From: Candidatus Zhuqueibacterota bacterium
Lineage (GTDB): Bacteria > BS750m-G25
NCBI GenBank assembly: GCA_016783505.1
Contig: JADHWK010000010.1
Location: 1 to 61,209 of the forward strand
Length of the DNA: 61,209 nt
Direction: 5' to 3'
Both the position numbers and the translations under genes were made by a program. The notes under the pieces are model-generated. The model was not told the DNA's origin. It searched no databases and saw nothing but the letters and a program-made list of their open reading frames with translations. Shown here piece after piece: positions 20,376-29,480 of the stretch (positions are counted from its first letter, which is position 1; every line of letters starts with the position of its first letter).

Positions 20376-21102
20376 TATAGGGATGATCATAGCGGATACA
20401 CCAAGGTCTAAAACTTATGTGCAGGCTCTTGTGCAAAATAAACTGGTACCAAATCTTGTCCTTATAATGAAAAGTGAATTAAATGACATGTTACCCGGTC
20501 AAACGGCGGATGGAATAGCTGACAGCGTTCATGTTATTCCAGATCAATTCTCGAAGGTTGGTTTTGTGTTTAAGCCTTCTGAAGCCCTTGAGGACACACT
20601 GACACAATCTGGAATTCCTTTTCAGTATGTACCCTCTGTTGATATCAACAGTGATGAGGTAATATTCGCCATACAAGAAAGGTCAGAAACTGTATTTATT
20701 TATTCTGGATTTGGCGGTGCCATTCTAAGAAACAAAATTTTGAGCATTGACAAAAAATTTCTCCATATTCATGGTGGATATTTGCCCGATTACAAGGGGA
20801 GTACAACGAACTATTATAGCTTGATTAATGAAAATGAATGTGGGGCGTCATCAATTTTCATGGAGGAGGAAATTGATAGTGGTCCTATATTAATTCGCAG
20901 ACGATTTTCACCGCCTGAAGATCGCAGAGAAATAGACTATATTTATGATTCGATATTTCGAGCTAAAGTTCTTGTTGAGACAATTCAGAAGTTTAGTATA
21001 GATGGTAGATGGCATTTCGAAGTTCCAAATAACTCTGGCGGGGAAACCTATTTCATTATTCATCCTGTTTTAAAACATATTGCAATCCTTTCTAACACAT
21101 AG
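20362..21102 (+). CDS. Formyltransferase-fold protein (Fmt/PurN N-domain-like)
   Basis: LHIHGGYLPDYKGST and EEIDSGPI resemble the NxHPxxLPxxRG and D.GPI motifs. Confidence 0.75.
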   Translation: MPLSDIGMIIADTPRSKTYVQALVQNKLVPNLVLIMKSELNDMLPGQTADGIADSVHVIPDQFSKVGFVFKPSEALEDTLTQSGIPFQYVPSVDINSDEVIFAIQERSETVFIYSGFGGAILRNKILSIDKKFLHIHGGYLPDYKGSTTNYYSLINENECGASSIFMEEEIDSGPILIRRRFSPPEDRREIDYIYDSIFRAKVLVETIQKFSIDGRWHFEVPNNSGGETYFIIHPVLKHIAILSNT

Positions 21103-21130
21103 GATTGTTTGGTGAATTTACCTCTTCTTA

Positions 21131-21928
21131 ATGAGAATCACATACAGAACGCAACATGTAAAACAATATTGGACTAAACGCTGGGATGATATTCCCGCTG
21201 ATGCTCCAATGGAAAATGCTGATGTATATCCGCTAAAATACGCGGAGCTTACTGTCAGATCTAATGATGGTAGAATCTTAGAAGCTGGGTGCGGAGCTGG
21301 GCGAATCCTTCGATATTACAAGAATAGGGGCTATGACATTGTTGGGATAGATTTCATCAAAGGTGCTGTGGAAAAATTAAAAGGCATTGACCCTGAGTTG
21401 AATGTTGAAGTGGGTGATATAACTCGCTTAAGGTTTGAAGAAAATTCCTTTAAATATGTACTTTCATTTGGCTTATATCATAATTTAGAGCATGGACTCG
21501 ACAAGGCAATACGTGAAACATATCGCGTCCTTCAGCCAGGGGGGGGGGTGTGTGCCTCATTCAGGGCAGACAATATTCAAACAAGATTAACTGACTGGTT
21601 GGCTGATCATCGCAGAAAAAAGCAAGCGGGGAGCGCACATGCTACTGAATTTCACAAAAGGAATCTAAAACGATCAGAGTTTGTTGATGTATTCAATCGT
21701 GCTGGTTTCAAAGTTGAAAAAGTTTATCATGTAGAAAATATGCCCATATTTTATAAATTTAGATTTTTCCGATCACAGGGCCACAAGATTTTCAATGAAA
21801 ACATGGCCAGAAAAGAAGGATACAGATTATCTCCTTTAGGCAACACAATTCAAAAGATCCTTATCCGTTATTTCCCCGACCAGTTTTGCAATATTTATGT
21901 CGCGATTGCTCGAAAGCCAGAAAGGTAA
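21131..21928 (+). CDS. Class I SAM-dependent methyltransferase
   Basis: ILEAGCGAGR, GIDF, GDIT.L.F, RVLQPGG. Confidence 0.88.
   Translation: MRITYRTQHVKQYWTKRWDDIPADAPMENADVYPLKYAELTVRSNDGRILEAGCGAGRILRYYKNRGYDIVGIDFIKGAVEKLKGIDPELNVEVGDITRLRFEENSFKYVLSFGLYHNLEHGLDKAIRETYRVLQPGGGVCASFRADNIQTRLTDWLADHRRKKQAGSAHATEFHKRNLKRSEFVDVFNRAGFKVEKVYHVENMPIFYKFRFFRSQGHKIFNENMARKEGYRLSPLGNTIQKILIRYFPDQFCNIYVAIARKPER
21539..21548 (+). repeat. G10 homopolymer tract, currently in frame, inside the methyltransferase
   Basis: CCA GGG GGG GGG GTG: ten consecutive G in an AT-rich gene. Confidence 0.9.
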
Positions 21929-21937
21929 TACTGTACG

Positions 21938-22627
21938 GTGTCGTTACTCATAGGGATAACCCAGCGAGTCAGTGTAGTTCCTGAGTACGGAGAACGTCGT
22001 GATGCGTTAGACCAGGCTTGGGTTGGTTTTTTTTCGGCATGCAATTTAGATCCCTTGATAATCCCCAACAGGCTCGCTGATCCTGTTGCGTATGCCCAAA
22101 AGATGGGAGTAAAAGGAATTGTTTTAACAGGCGGTAATAATTTTTCTGATGCCGTAAAGACAATACAAAACTTGCCCGTGCGCAATTTACCGCAAAGCGA
22201 TGATCTGGCGCCAGAGAGAGATGCAACAGAAATTGCTCTTTTGAAACAAAGTATTGAAAAAGGATGGCCTGTAATTGGTGTTTGTAGAGGAATGCAATTA
22301 TTAAATCTCTTTTACGGAGGGGAAATAGGCTCTGTCGAAAACCATGTTGGATTATATCATGATCTAACAACCAAAGAGAAAATAGGAATTCCATTTGAAG
22401 TTATGTTTGATAATCCGGTGAATTCATTCCATGATTTTGGAATTCATTCAAGTGGTATGAGTCCTGAGTTTAATATATTGGCACAGACAGGTGATGTGGT
22501 TGAGTCCTTTGTTCATCGAGAATATCCACATATGGGGATAATGTGGCATCCGGAGCGAAATGTTAATCCGTCTGTTAATGATGTTAATCTATTTCGTAAT
22601 TATTTTGCATGCTGGATTAAAGAATGA
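21938..22627 (+). CDS. Peptidase C26/class I glutamine amidotransferase (Cj1417-like gamma-glutamyl-CDP-amidate hydrolase)
   Basis: IGITQRV, ERRDALDQAW, LTGGN, ERD..E, GVCRGMQ (nucleophile Cys), NSFH, WHPER. Confidence 0.88.
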   Translation: MSLLIGITQRVSVVPEYGERRDALDQAWVGFFSACNLDPLIIPNRLADPVAYAQKMGVKGIVLTGGNNFSDAVKTIQNLPVRNLPQSDDLAPERDATEIALLKQSIEKGWPVIGVCRGMQLLNLFYGGEIGSVENHVGLYHDLTTKEKIGIPFEVMFDNPVNSFHDFGIHSSGMSPEFNILAQTGDVVESFVHREYPHMGIMWHPERNVNPSVNDVNLFRNYFACWIKE

Positions 22628-23385
22628 CAAAAGTTATCATTTTGGCGGCTGGTGAAGGTACCCGTCTTCATCCCTATACTTTGGATTGCCCTAAATGTTT
22701 GGTGAAAGTAGGCGGTAAAAGCTTGCTGGATTATCAACTCGCTGTTTTGAAAAGTCAAGGCATTGAACACATTGTTCTCATTAAAGGATATCTTTCTGAT
22801 ACATTGCATAGACCCGGCGTAATGACTTATTGCAACGAAAGGTACGCTGACACAAATATGGTCTGGACACTCTTTTGTGCTGAAGAGGAAATGACAGGCA
22901 ATGTGATCGTATCCTATGGCGATATTGCCTATTCAAAAGAAGTTCTAATTGAATTGATGAAATCTTCACAAAATATCTCTGTTGTTGTCGATAGGGGGTG
23001 GAAAACATATTGGGAGACTCGATTTGATAATCCATTGGATGATGCCGAAACGTTGAAAATTGGACATGACGGAAGGATTGTAGAAATTGGTCAAACCCCC
23101 AACAGTTTAGACGAAATTGAAGGGCAGTACATAGGTTTAATGAAATTTTCTGAAAAAGGTTTGTCTTCGCTTAAAGAGTTATTCAAGAAGTCGAAATCCG
23201 CTGGAATGTTAGGCACAAAAGGACCAGAAAAAGCGTATATGACAGATTTGCTGCAGGCAGCTATAGATAAAGGATACGATGTCTGGCCCGTTTTTATTGA
23301 GGGAGATTGGGTGGAAGTCGATACAGTCAATGATTTGAATTTGGAAATTACAAGGCAACGCTTGGAAAAAATATCCCGGATGTAA
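22624..23385 (+). CDS. LicC-like nucleotidyltransferase (Cj1416-like phosphoglutamine cytidylyltransferase candidate)
   Basis: IILAAGEGTRL, PKCL, TNMVWTL, SYGDI, DDAETL, GQYIGLMKFS, WVEVDT. Confidence 0.85.
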   Translation: MTKVIILAAGEGTRLHPYTLDCPKCLVKVGGKSLLDYQLAVLKSQGIEHIVLIKGYLSDTLHRPGVMTYCNERYADTNMVWTLFCAEEEMTGNVIVSYGDIAYSKEVLIELMKSSQNISVVVDRGWKTYWETRFDNPLDDAETLKIGHDGRIVEIGQTPNSLDEIEGQYIGLMKFSEKGLSSLKELFKKSKSAGMLGTKGPEKAYMTDLLQAAIDKGYDVWPVFIEGDWVEVDTVNDLNLEITRQRLEKISRM

Positions 23386-23527
23386 GTATAGGGCGAAAAG
23401 CCAGCCGATAATGAATAACTGGATTTTTTTGTAGATCAGAATTGTCCGATTAGGTTTTTGCATAATTCAAGAGCAATTGTGTAAATTTTTAAATCGAAAA
23501 AATGAAATTGGATTAAATGTGGGAAAT

Positions 23528-24721
23528 ATGAAAATTGACAGTATTCCGGTTGTATTTTTATTAGGTGTGGGAAGGTGTGGGGGTGATTTAACAAGGGGAA
23601 TTCTGGATTGGCATGATCAAGTGCTTATTATTCCTATTTCAAACAAGTTTTACCCTACATGGAAAAGTTATAAATGTGATTATATTGATGATCCTGACAA
23701 AATAGCGGATATTTTCTTAAACAATTCGAAGTTATCTTGGTTCAAAGAAAATAAGTTTATTCATAGCTATAGCCAGTTTGAATATGATTTTTCTGATGTT
23801 AATTGGAAGATATTTAATACCTCATTTCACGAATATTTGCATAAGCACAAATTATGTGCACGTAATGTATATTATGGTATTTTTTATGCTTATGCATGTG
23901 CCTGTAATAAAAGAATTGAGAAGGTTCGTGTAATCATTGCAGATGCCTTTTATGATAATTATATGTCAGAAATATTGAATGATTTTTCCGATGCGAGATT
24001 CATACATATCGTAAGGGATCATAGGGCTAATATCTCCTCACTCAAATCTTTCTTCTTGACTATGTACGGAACCCTTGTCTATCCTGGAAAAGGATTGAAG
24101 TTTGGCAGATCACTTTTTATACATATTATCAATGATTATATGGTTAAAGTAATGCGAATGCTCCATGATAACAAGAAAACAATGAGTGCTGATTATCTAA
24201 GAGTGATACGTTTTGAAGATATAAAACTAAATCCTAAATCAACGATAGAAGGCCTTGCTGGCTGGTTAGGTATTGATTTTAATGAGTGTTTAATGAAACT
24301 GACTAAAGTTGGAAAATTGGTACATGGAAATAGCAGTTTTTATGACCAGCCTGTTGAAGGATTCACCATTGAACCTGTATACAGATGGAAGAAACATTTG
24401 CGTTGTTACGAAATTAGAATGATTGAGTTCATTTTTGGTCAGAGCATGCTTAATCTCGACTATAAACCTGTTTATAGTCGGAATCCGGTCTCTAAATTAA
24501 TCGGATTTATCTGTTGTTTTATGCCATGGAAAGGCGAAATATTTTATATGGGGTATATGAAAAAGGCTCATGCACTCTCAAAATTTAAGCGTTTTTTAAG
24601 ATGTTATGTGATACCTTTTTATTATTTCCCTAGAAACATTTTGATGTTTTTCATTAGCAGAGCATTTTTTTTAAAGCTTTTCATCAAAGGTTATTTAAAA
24701 GTGGTTCCTCATGAGAAGTAG
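23528..24721 (+). CDS. Sulfotransferase-fold protein
   Basis: FLLGVGRCGG (5'-PSB-like loop), FIHIVRDHRANISS (3'-PB-like), IRFEDIKLNP, RWKKHL. Confidence 0.72.
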   Translation: MKIDSIPVVFLLGVGRCGGDLTRGILDWHDQVLIIPISNKFYPTWKSYKCDYIDDPDKIADIFLNNSKLSWFKENKFIHSYSQFEYDFSDVNWKIFNTSFHEYLHKHKLCARNVYYGIFYAYACACNKRIEKVRVIIADAFYDNYMSEILNDFSDARFIHIVRDHRANISSLKSFFLTMYGTLVYPGKGLKFGRSLFIHIINDYMVKVMRMLHDNKKTMSADYLRVIRFEDIKLNPKSTIEGLAGWLGIDFNECLMKLTKVGKLVHGNSSFYDQPVEGFTIEPVYRWKKHLRCYEIRMIEFIFGQSMLNLDYKPVYSRNPVSKLIGFICCFMPWKGEIFYMGYMKKAHALSKFKRFLRCYVIPFYYFPRNILMFFISRAFFLKLFIKGYLKVVPHEK

Positions 24722-25098
24722 AAAATCCAGCATCCAGGAAAGTCCCGAAGGAAAATAACAGAAAGAAAGTCTACTTTTTGACACTGCAAATGATCTCTGC
24801 CATCGTACCCTATAGATAACAAGGCCCACCAACATGAAATACCCCAATTTACCACTCAAATTCAGAAAAAACCACGAACTTGGGTTAACCGGTTGATTCC
24901 ATGCGTTTTGGGGCTTTATTTGCAGGATATCATTGCGAAGTCGAAGTTTGAAGCAAGAATAGTATCAAATAAAGCGGTTAATGGATGTAATTCACAAGTC
25001 GCAGGAATTGGCGATAGGAAGCTAAGTCCAATAGCAAATAAAAACAATAGTAATATACTTTAACTGATTAATTTATTCAGGCTTGAAGAACTATAAAA

Positions 25099-26148
25099 TT
25101 GAATATAAGCAACTTGGAAGAAAACAAAAAGGACTTTATATCTGCAGCTATAATAGGATGCGGTAATATTGCTAGTGGTCTAGATGATGATGTCAAAAAG
25201 CGGCATATTTACAGTCACGCAAAAGCCATTAGTTTTGTTAAAGCCATTAGATTAGTTGCCTGTTGCGATATAGATGAAAGCCGGCTTTTAGATTTCAGTG
25301 AAAAATGGCATGTTCCCAGAGCATATATTACTTTAGAGAAAATGCTTGGTGAGGAAAAAATTGATATTTTGATAATAGCGACGCCAGCTAAGTGCCACCA
25401 CGATAACCTTCTTACGGCATTAACGAGTGAAGTGGAGGTGATATTTTGCGAGAAGCCCTTTGTCCTTGATTTTGAATTGGGAATGAAGATTGTAAAAAAC
25501 GAAAGGGAAAGAGATAAACTGATTACTGTAAACTACATGAGGCGGTGGGATAAATTTTACGCTGAATGCAAGCGTATTTTGGAGACTGGACAGCTTGGAC
25601 GGATCGAAACGATTGTCGGGTATGTGGATACTGCATTATACATGAACTCCATCCACATGCTGGACATGCTTGCCTATTTTGGCGGAGATGTGTTGTCCTG
25701 TACAGGGTATTTGGATAAGACATCAGAACCCAGAATTGTCCATGGAAAACCCGATGTTGGAGGTATCGCGCTTTTCAGACATAAAAACGGGGTCACCAGT
25801 TTTTTCAAAGGGACAGGGGAAAGCCGGCGGAACCACTTCTTTGAACTTGACATCCAGTGCACAAAGGGCCGGATGCGGATCCTAAACGACGACGAAAAAT
25901 ATGAGATATACAGATTTGACGAGAGCCCGCAGCATACAGGACTTGTTGAGTTAAAGCTGACGGAAACAAAGTATAATGCTGATCAGGATGAACGGGTGGT
26001 GAATGTGTACCGTGAAATTGTTGACTACCTGAAAACTGGCAGACTGCCCTCCTATACCGCTAAAGACGCCCTGAAATCCCTGGAAATGGTTAATATGATC
26101 TATGAATCAGACGCTCTTGATCATCAACTGATTTTTTCAAGACTTTGA
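25099..26148 (+). CDS. Gfo/Idh/MocA family NAD(P)-dependent oxidoreductase
   Basis: IIGCGNIA, IATP, FCEKP, VNYMRRW, IHMLD. Confidence 0.9.
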   Translation: MNISNLEENKKDFISAAIIGCGNIASGLDDDVKKRHIYSHAKAISFVKAIRLVACCDIDESRLLDFSEKWHVPRAYITLEKMLGEEKIDILIIATPAKCHHDNLLTALTSEVEVIFCEKPFVLDFELGMKIVKNERERDKLITVNYMRRWDKFYAECKRILETGQLGRIETIVGYVDTALYMNSIHMLDMLAYFGGDVLSCTGYLDKTSEPRIVHGKPDVGGIALFRHKNGVTSFFKGTGESRRNHFFELDIQCTKGRMRILNDDEKYEIYRFDESPQHTGLVELKLTETKYNADQDERVVNVYREIVDYLKTGRLPSYTAKDALKSLEMVNMIYESDALDHQLIFSRL

Positions 26149-26156
26149 GGTGAACC

Positions 26157-27542
26157 ATGAAACTGGCGCTTCTGGGTGGAAAGCCTGTGAGACATAAGCC
26201 ATTCAAATCACAGCCTTATGTTACAGAAGAAATGATTAAAAGGGTTGCCAGTCTTTTGCGGGAAAAAAGACTCACAAGGTTTATCGGTTCACCTGTAGAG
26301 GGATCCCGCAGGATTATAGGCCTCAAAAGCAGGGAGTCTGAGGATCTGAGGGATGCTTTTTCAGTTCTGGGGGGTCCCAGCGTCAGAAAGCTCGAAAGCG
26401 AGTGGTCGAAGAAACATGAGGTTGATTACTCTGTGGCGGTGAATTCAGCAACGTCAGGATTGACTGCGGCGATTATGGCCCTGAATTTGGGACCGGGCGA
26501 TGAGTTGATCTGTTCCCCGTTTTCATTTACGGCTTCCGCCACCGCCATTGTGGCCGCTAATGTGATTCCCGTTTTTGCGGACATTGACCCGGAGACGTTC
26601 TGTCTGTCCCCGGAGTCAGCAGAAGCGGCAATAACGGATTGCACAAGAGCAATTATGCCTATCCACTGGAACAGCAACGCCGGGCAACTGGAAGAAATAT
26701 TGTCGCTTGCTGATCAAAAAGGGCTCAAGGTGGTTGAAGATGCATCTCAGTCCCCGGGTATGCGATACAGGGGGAAACATCTGGGGACGCACGGAGACGC
26801 GGGTGTGTTTTCTCTAAACGAACCCAAAAACATCATGACCGGTGAGGGCGGAGTTATTGTAACGCATGATAGGGATATCGCAATAAAGTGCAGGCTCATT
26901 CGAAATCACGGGGAAGCCATTGTTGATGAAGACGCGCCCGATGATCTGCTAATCAATGCAATCGGTTACAACTTCAGGCTGGTTGAGCTACTTGCTGAAA
27001 TCGGTGTTGATCAGTTGCAACACCTTGAGTATCTAAACAATATCCGAAAAGAGAATTATGAGTACCTTGTTCAAAGAATGGTCAATGAGTTTGGAAACTG
27101 CATCAAGCCTCAGAAAATCACCCATCCTGAGAGCTACTGTCCCTATGCTGCCGGTTTTCGTTGGCTGGCGAGTGACATCGTGATACACCGCAACATTGTG
27201 GCCAAAGTACTTCGTTCTGAGGGCATACCTGTAGCAGACGGAATTTCAAGACTAATGTCAGATAATCCGCTCTTTCAAAGACAATTGGCATACGGTCGGG
27301 ACCATTGTCCATTTTCCTGCCACCTTTACAAGAATAGGGCCATTTACTTTATTCGTGATCTTCCCAATGCAAGAAAGCTCCAGGATGAAGAATATTTGGG
27401 ATTTTTCCAGATGGGCTGGCCCAATACGCCGGAAGATATGGATGACATTATCCAAGCATTCAAGAAGATACTTGATAACAAGCATCATTTAAGCGGAAAA
27501 GCCAGCATCATTAATAACAGCGGATTTGTGTCTGGTCGATAA
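26157..27542 (+). CDS. DegT/DnrJ/EryC1/StrS aminotransferase
   Basis: KLALLGG.PVR, VNSATSGL, EDASQ, SLNEPKNIMTGEGG, GYNFRL. Confidence 0.92.
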   Translation: MKLALLGGKPVRHKPFKSQPYVTEEMIKRVASLLREKRLTRFIGSPVEGSRRIIGLKSRESEDLRDAFSVLGGPSVRKLESEWSKKHEVDYSVAVNSATSGLTAAIMALNLGPGDELICSPFSFTASATAIVAANVIPVFADIDPETFCLSPESAEAAITDCTRAIMPIHWNSNAGQLEEILSLADQKGLKVVEDASQSPGMRYRGKHLGTHGDAGVFSLNEPKNIMTGEGGVIVTHDRDIAIKCRLIRNHGEAIVDEDAPDDLLINAIGYNFRLVELLAEIGVDQLQHLEYLNNIRKENYEYLVQRMVNEFGNCIKPQKITHPESYCPYAAGFRWLASDIVIHRNIVAKVLRSEGIPVADGISRLMSDNPLFQRQLAYGRDHCPFSCHLYKNRAIYFIRDLPNARKLQDEEYLGFFQMGWPNTPEDMDDIIQAFKKILDNKHHLSGKASIINNSGFVSGR

Positions 27543-27550
27543 GGGGGAAT

Positions 27551-28267
27551 ATGGAAGTCCTGGCGGTGATACCTGCGCGCGGAGGGTCGGTCCGTGTGCC
27601 AAAAAAAAATATTCGGCTGCTAAACGGCAAGCCATTGATTGCCTATGCCATCGAGGCAGCAAAAACCTCCCGGAGCGTTGATCGTATTGTCATTTCAACG
27701 GACGATGAAGAAATAAAGCAGGTTGCATTGGAGTATGGGGCTGAAGTTCCCTTCAAGCGGCCCGCAGAAATTTCAGAGGATGTTCCTACAGAAGATGTGG
27801 CGCTTCACGCGGTCAACTGGTTAAAGGAATCTGAATCCTACCTGCCGGATATTGTGGTTTGCCTTGAGCCCCCGGTTCCCTTTAGAAGGGCGGAGCATAT
27901 CGATAAATGCGTTGAGGGTATGGTGCAAAATGACGAAGTGGATTCGGCCATTACGGTTGTCAACATAAGAGGATTCAGGCCTGAATGGATGGTACGCATT
28001 GACAATGCAGGTTTCATCCAACCTTATACCGACTACTTTACCAGGCGAGGTGAGGCCCTGCTCAAATTTCCAGCCAGCCAGGAATTCGAAAAATTGTATA
28101 AGACCAGCGGTGTTGTGTTTTCGTGCAGAACAGAGACGCTTGTTCGGTATCAGAGTTTTGTCGGAAAGAAATGTTTGGCAATAGTGATCGATCCTTCGGA
28201 TGTATTTGATCTGGATTATCCTGAGGATTTTGATATGTGCGAAATATTGATGCAAAGGCGGAATTAG
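27551..28267 (+). CDS. NeuA-like acylneuraminate cytidylyltransferase
   Basis: VIPARGGSVRVPKKNIR..GKPLI, VISTDD, RPAEIS, DLDYPEDF. Confidence 0.9.
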   Translation: MEVLAVIPARGGSVRVPKKNIRLLNGKPLIAYAIEAAKTSRSVDRIVISTDDEEIKQVALEYGAEVPFKRPAEISEDVPTEDVALHAVNWLKESESYLPDIVVCLEPPVPFRRAEHIDKCVEGMVQNDEVDSAITVVNIRGFRPEWMVRIDNAGFIQPYTDYFTRRGEALLKFPASQEFEKLYKTSGVVFSCRTETLVRYQSFVGKKCLAIVIDPSDVFDLDYPEDFDMCEILMQRRN

Positions 28268-28314
28268 GGGCTGAAAGTGAGAAAACATACGATGGCAAGG
28301 ATGGAGGTATTGAA

Positions 28315-28503
28315 ATGAGCGAAAAAGGTGGGCCTTTGTTCAAGAACCTTCGCTACTGCACAAGATGCTGCATGCCTGAAACCAATGAAGGCATACAGTT
28401 TGATGAGATGGGGATATGCCTGGCGTGCCGGTCTTCTAAACAAAAGATGCATATTGACTGGAGTAAACGCAAAGAGCGTTTGCTTGAGATTCTCGCGGAG
28501 TAA
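28315..28503 (+). pseudogene. Truncated N-acetyl-sugar amidotransferase (WbuX/PseA-like) N-terminus
   Basis: GGAGG RBS then MSEK..LRYCTRCCMPETNEGIQFDEMGICLAC..IDW..R, stopping after 62 aa before the expected SGGKDS loop. Confidence 0.8.
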
Positions 28504-28763
28504 CGTTCGAAAAAATCTGACTATATTTGAAATTTCTAACTCAACTGAGAAGTGCTTTATTATAAACAGATATCAACTTTCTGAAAGACAAATTCGCAGA
28601 TTTGCAAGGTAAGAATCTAACGTTGCAAAAAGCGAAGGATGATTGACTCAGGTAATTAAGCTGCCTTCTGAACAAAATCCAGGAAGTGCAACATATCCTT
28701 TCTGGCTGGGATAACTTGGCGGGTCTAGATTCAGTTTATCCCAAAGGAATGAGGTAGAAGCCT

Positions 28764-29480
28764 GTGGAAGATATACACATCGGATGTATCTGCGCTAACG
28801 ATAGCCCATTTGTAGGAAGAATCATAGGAGCGCTTTTGAGTAGTGGCCTAAGCGTCGATACAATCATCTTTGATTCGAAGAATTTTGGAATACATGGATT
28901 ACAGCTATTTGAGGAAAGAACAGGGGGCAAAATGCCTTTGATTTCTATTGATGAGTTTGATGAATACAAGATACCATGTTTCTTTGTTAAAAATTTCAAT
29001 TCATCTGTTGCAATAAGCATTGTAAGGTCATTTAATCTCGATATTCTGATTAATGCCGGAACAGCAAGAATTCTTAGAAAAGACATCATCAATGCTCCAA
29101 AGATTGGAGTATTAAATTGTCATCCCGGACTATTGCCCGATTTTCGAGGATGTACATGCGTGGAATGGGCCGTATTCCTGGATGAAAGGATTGGGAACAC
29201 CGTTCATTTCATGAATGAAAGGATTGATGAAGGCCCGATTATTCTCAAAGAGGCGCTATGTTTTTCAAAAAATGACCTCTATCCTGATGTACGTACAAAA
29301 GTACTTCTGGATGGTATCCAATTAATTGCCAAAGCTGTACGTAAAATCTTAAAAGAGAATGTTACGCCCACTACATTAGCTAAGCAAGGAACAGGTCGAT
29401 ATTTTGATGTTATCGATGATAATAAAATGATATGCGTGATAGATAAACTAAAAAGGGGTAAATATAGGTATCAATTATGA
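28764..29480 (+). CDS. Formyltransferase (N10-formyl-THF-dependent) family protein
   Basis: LNCHPGLLPDFRG, TVHFMNERIDEGPII. Confidence 0.85.
   Translation: MEDIHIGCICANDSPFVGRIIGALLSSGLSVDTIIFDSKNFGIHGLQLFEERTGGKMPLISIDEFDEYKIPCFFVKNFNSSVAISIVRSFNLDILINAGTARILRKDIINAPKIGVLNCHPGLLPDFRGCTCVEWAVFLDERIGNTVHFMNERIDEGPIILKEALCFSKNDLYPDVRTKVLLDGIQLIAKAVRKILKENVTPTTLAKQGTGRYFDVIDDNKMICVIDKLKRGKYRYQL

Noticed and set aside
27601-27609. A9 run (also 46442-46450 and several A8 runs)
   Set aside because: Expected from Lys codons in AT-rich DNA
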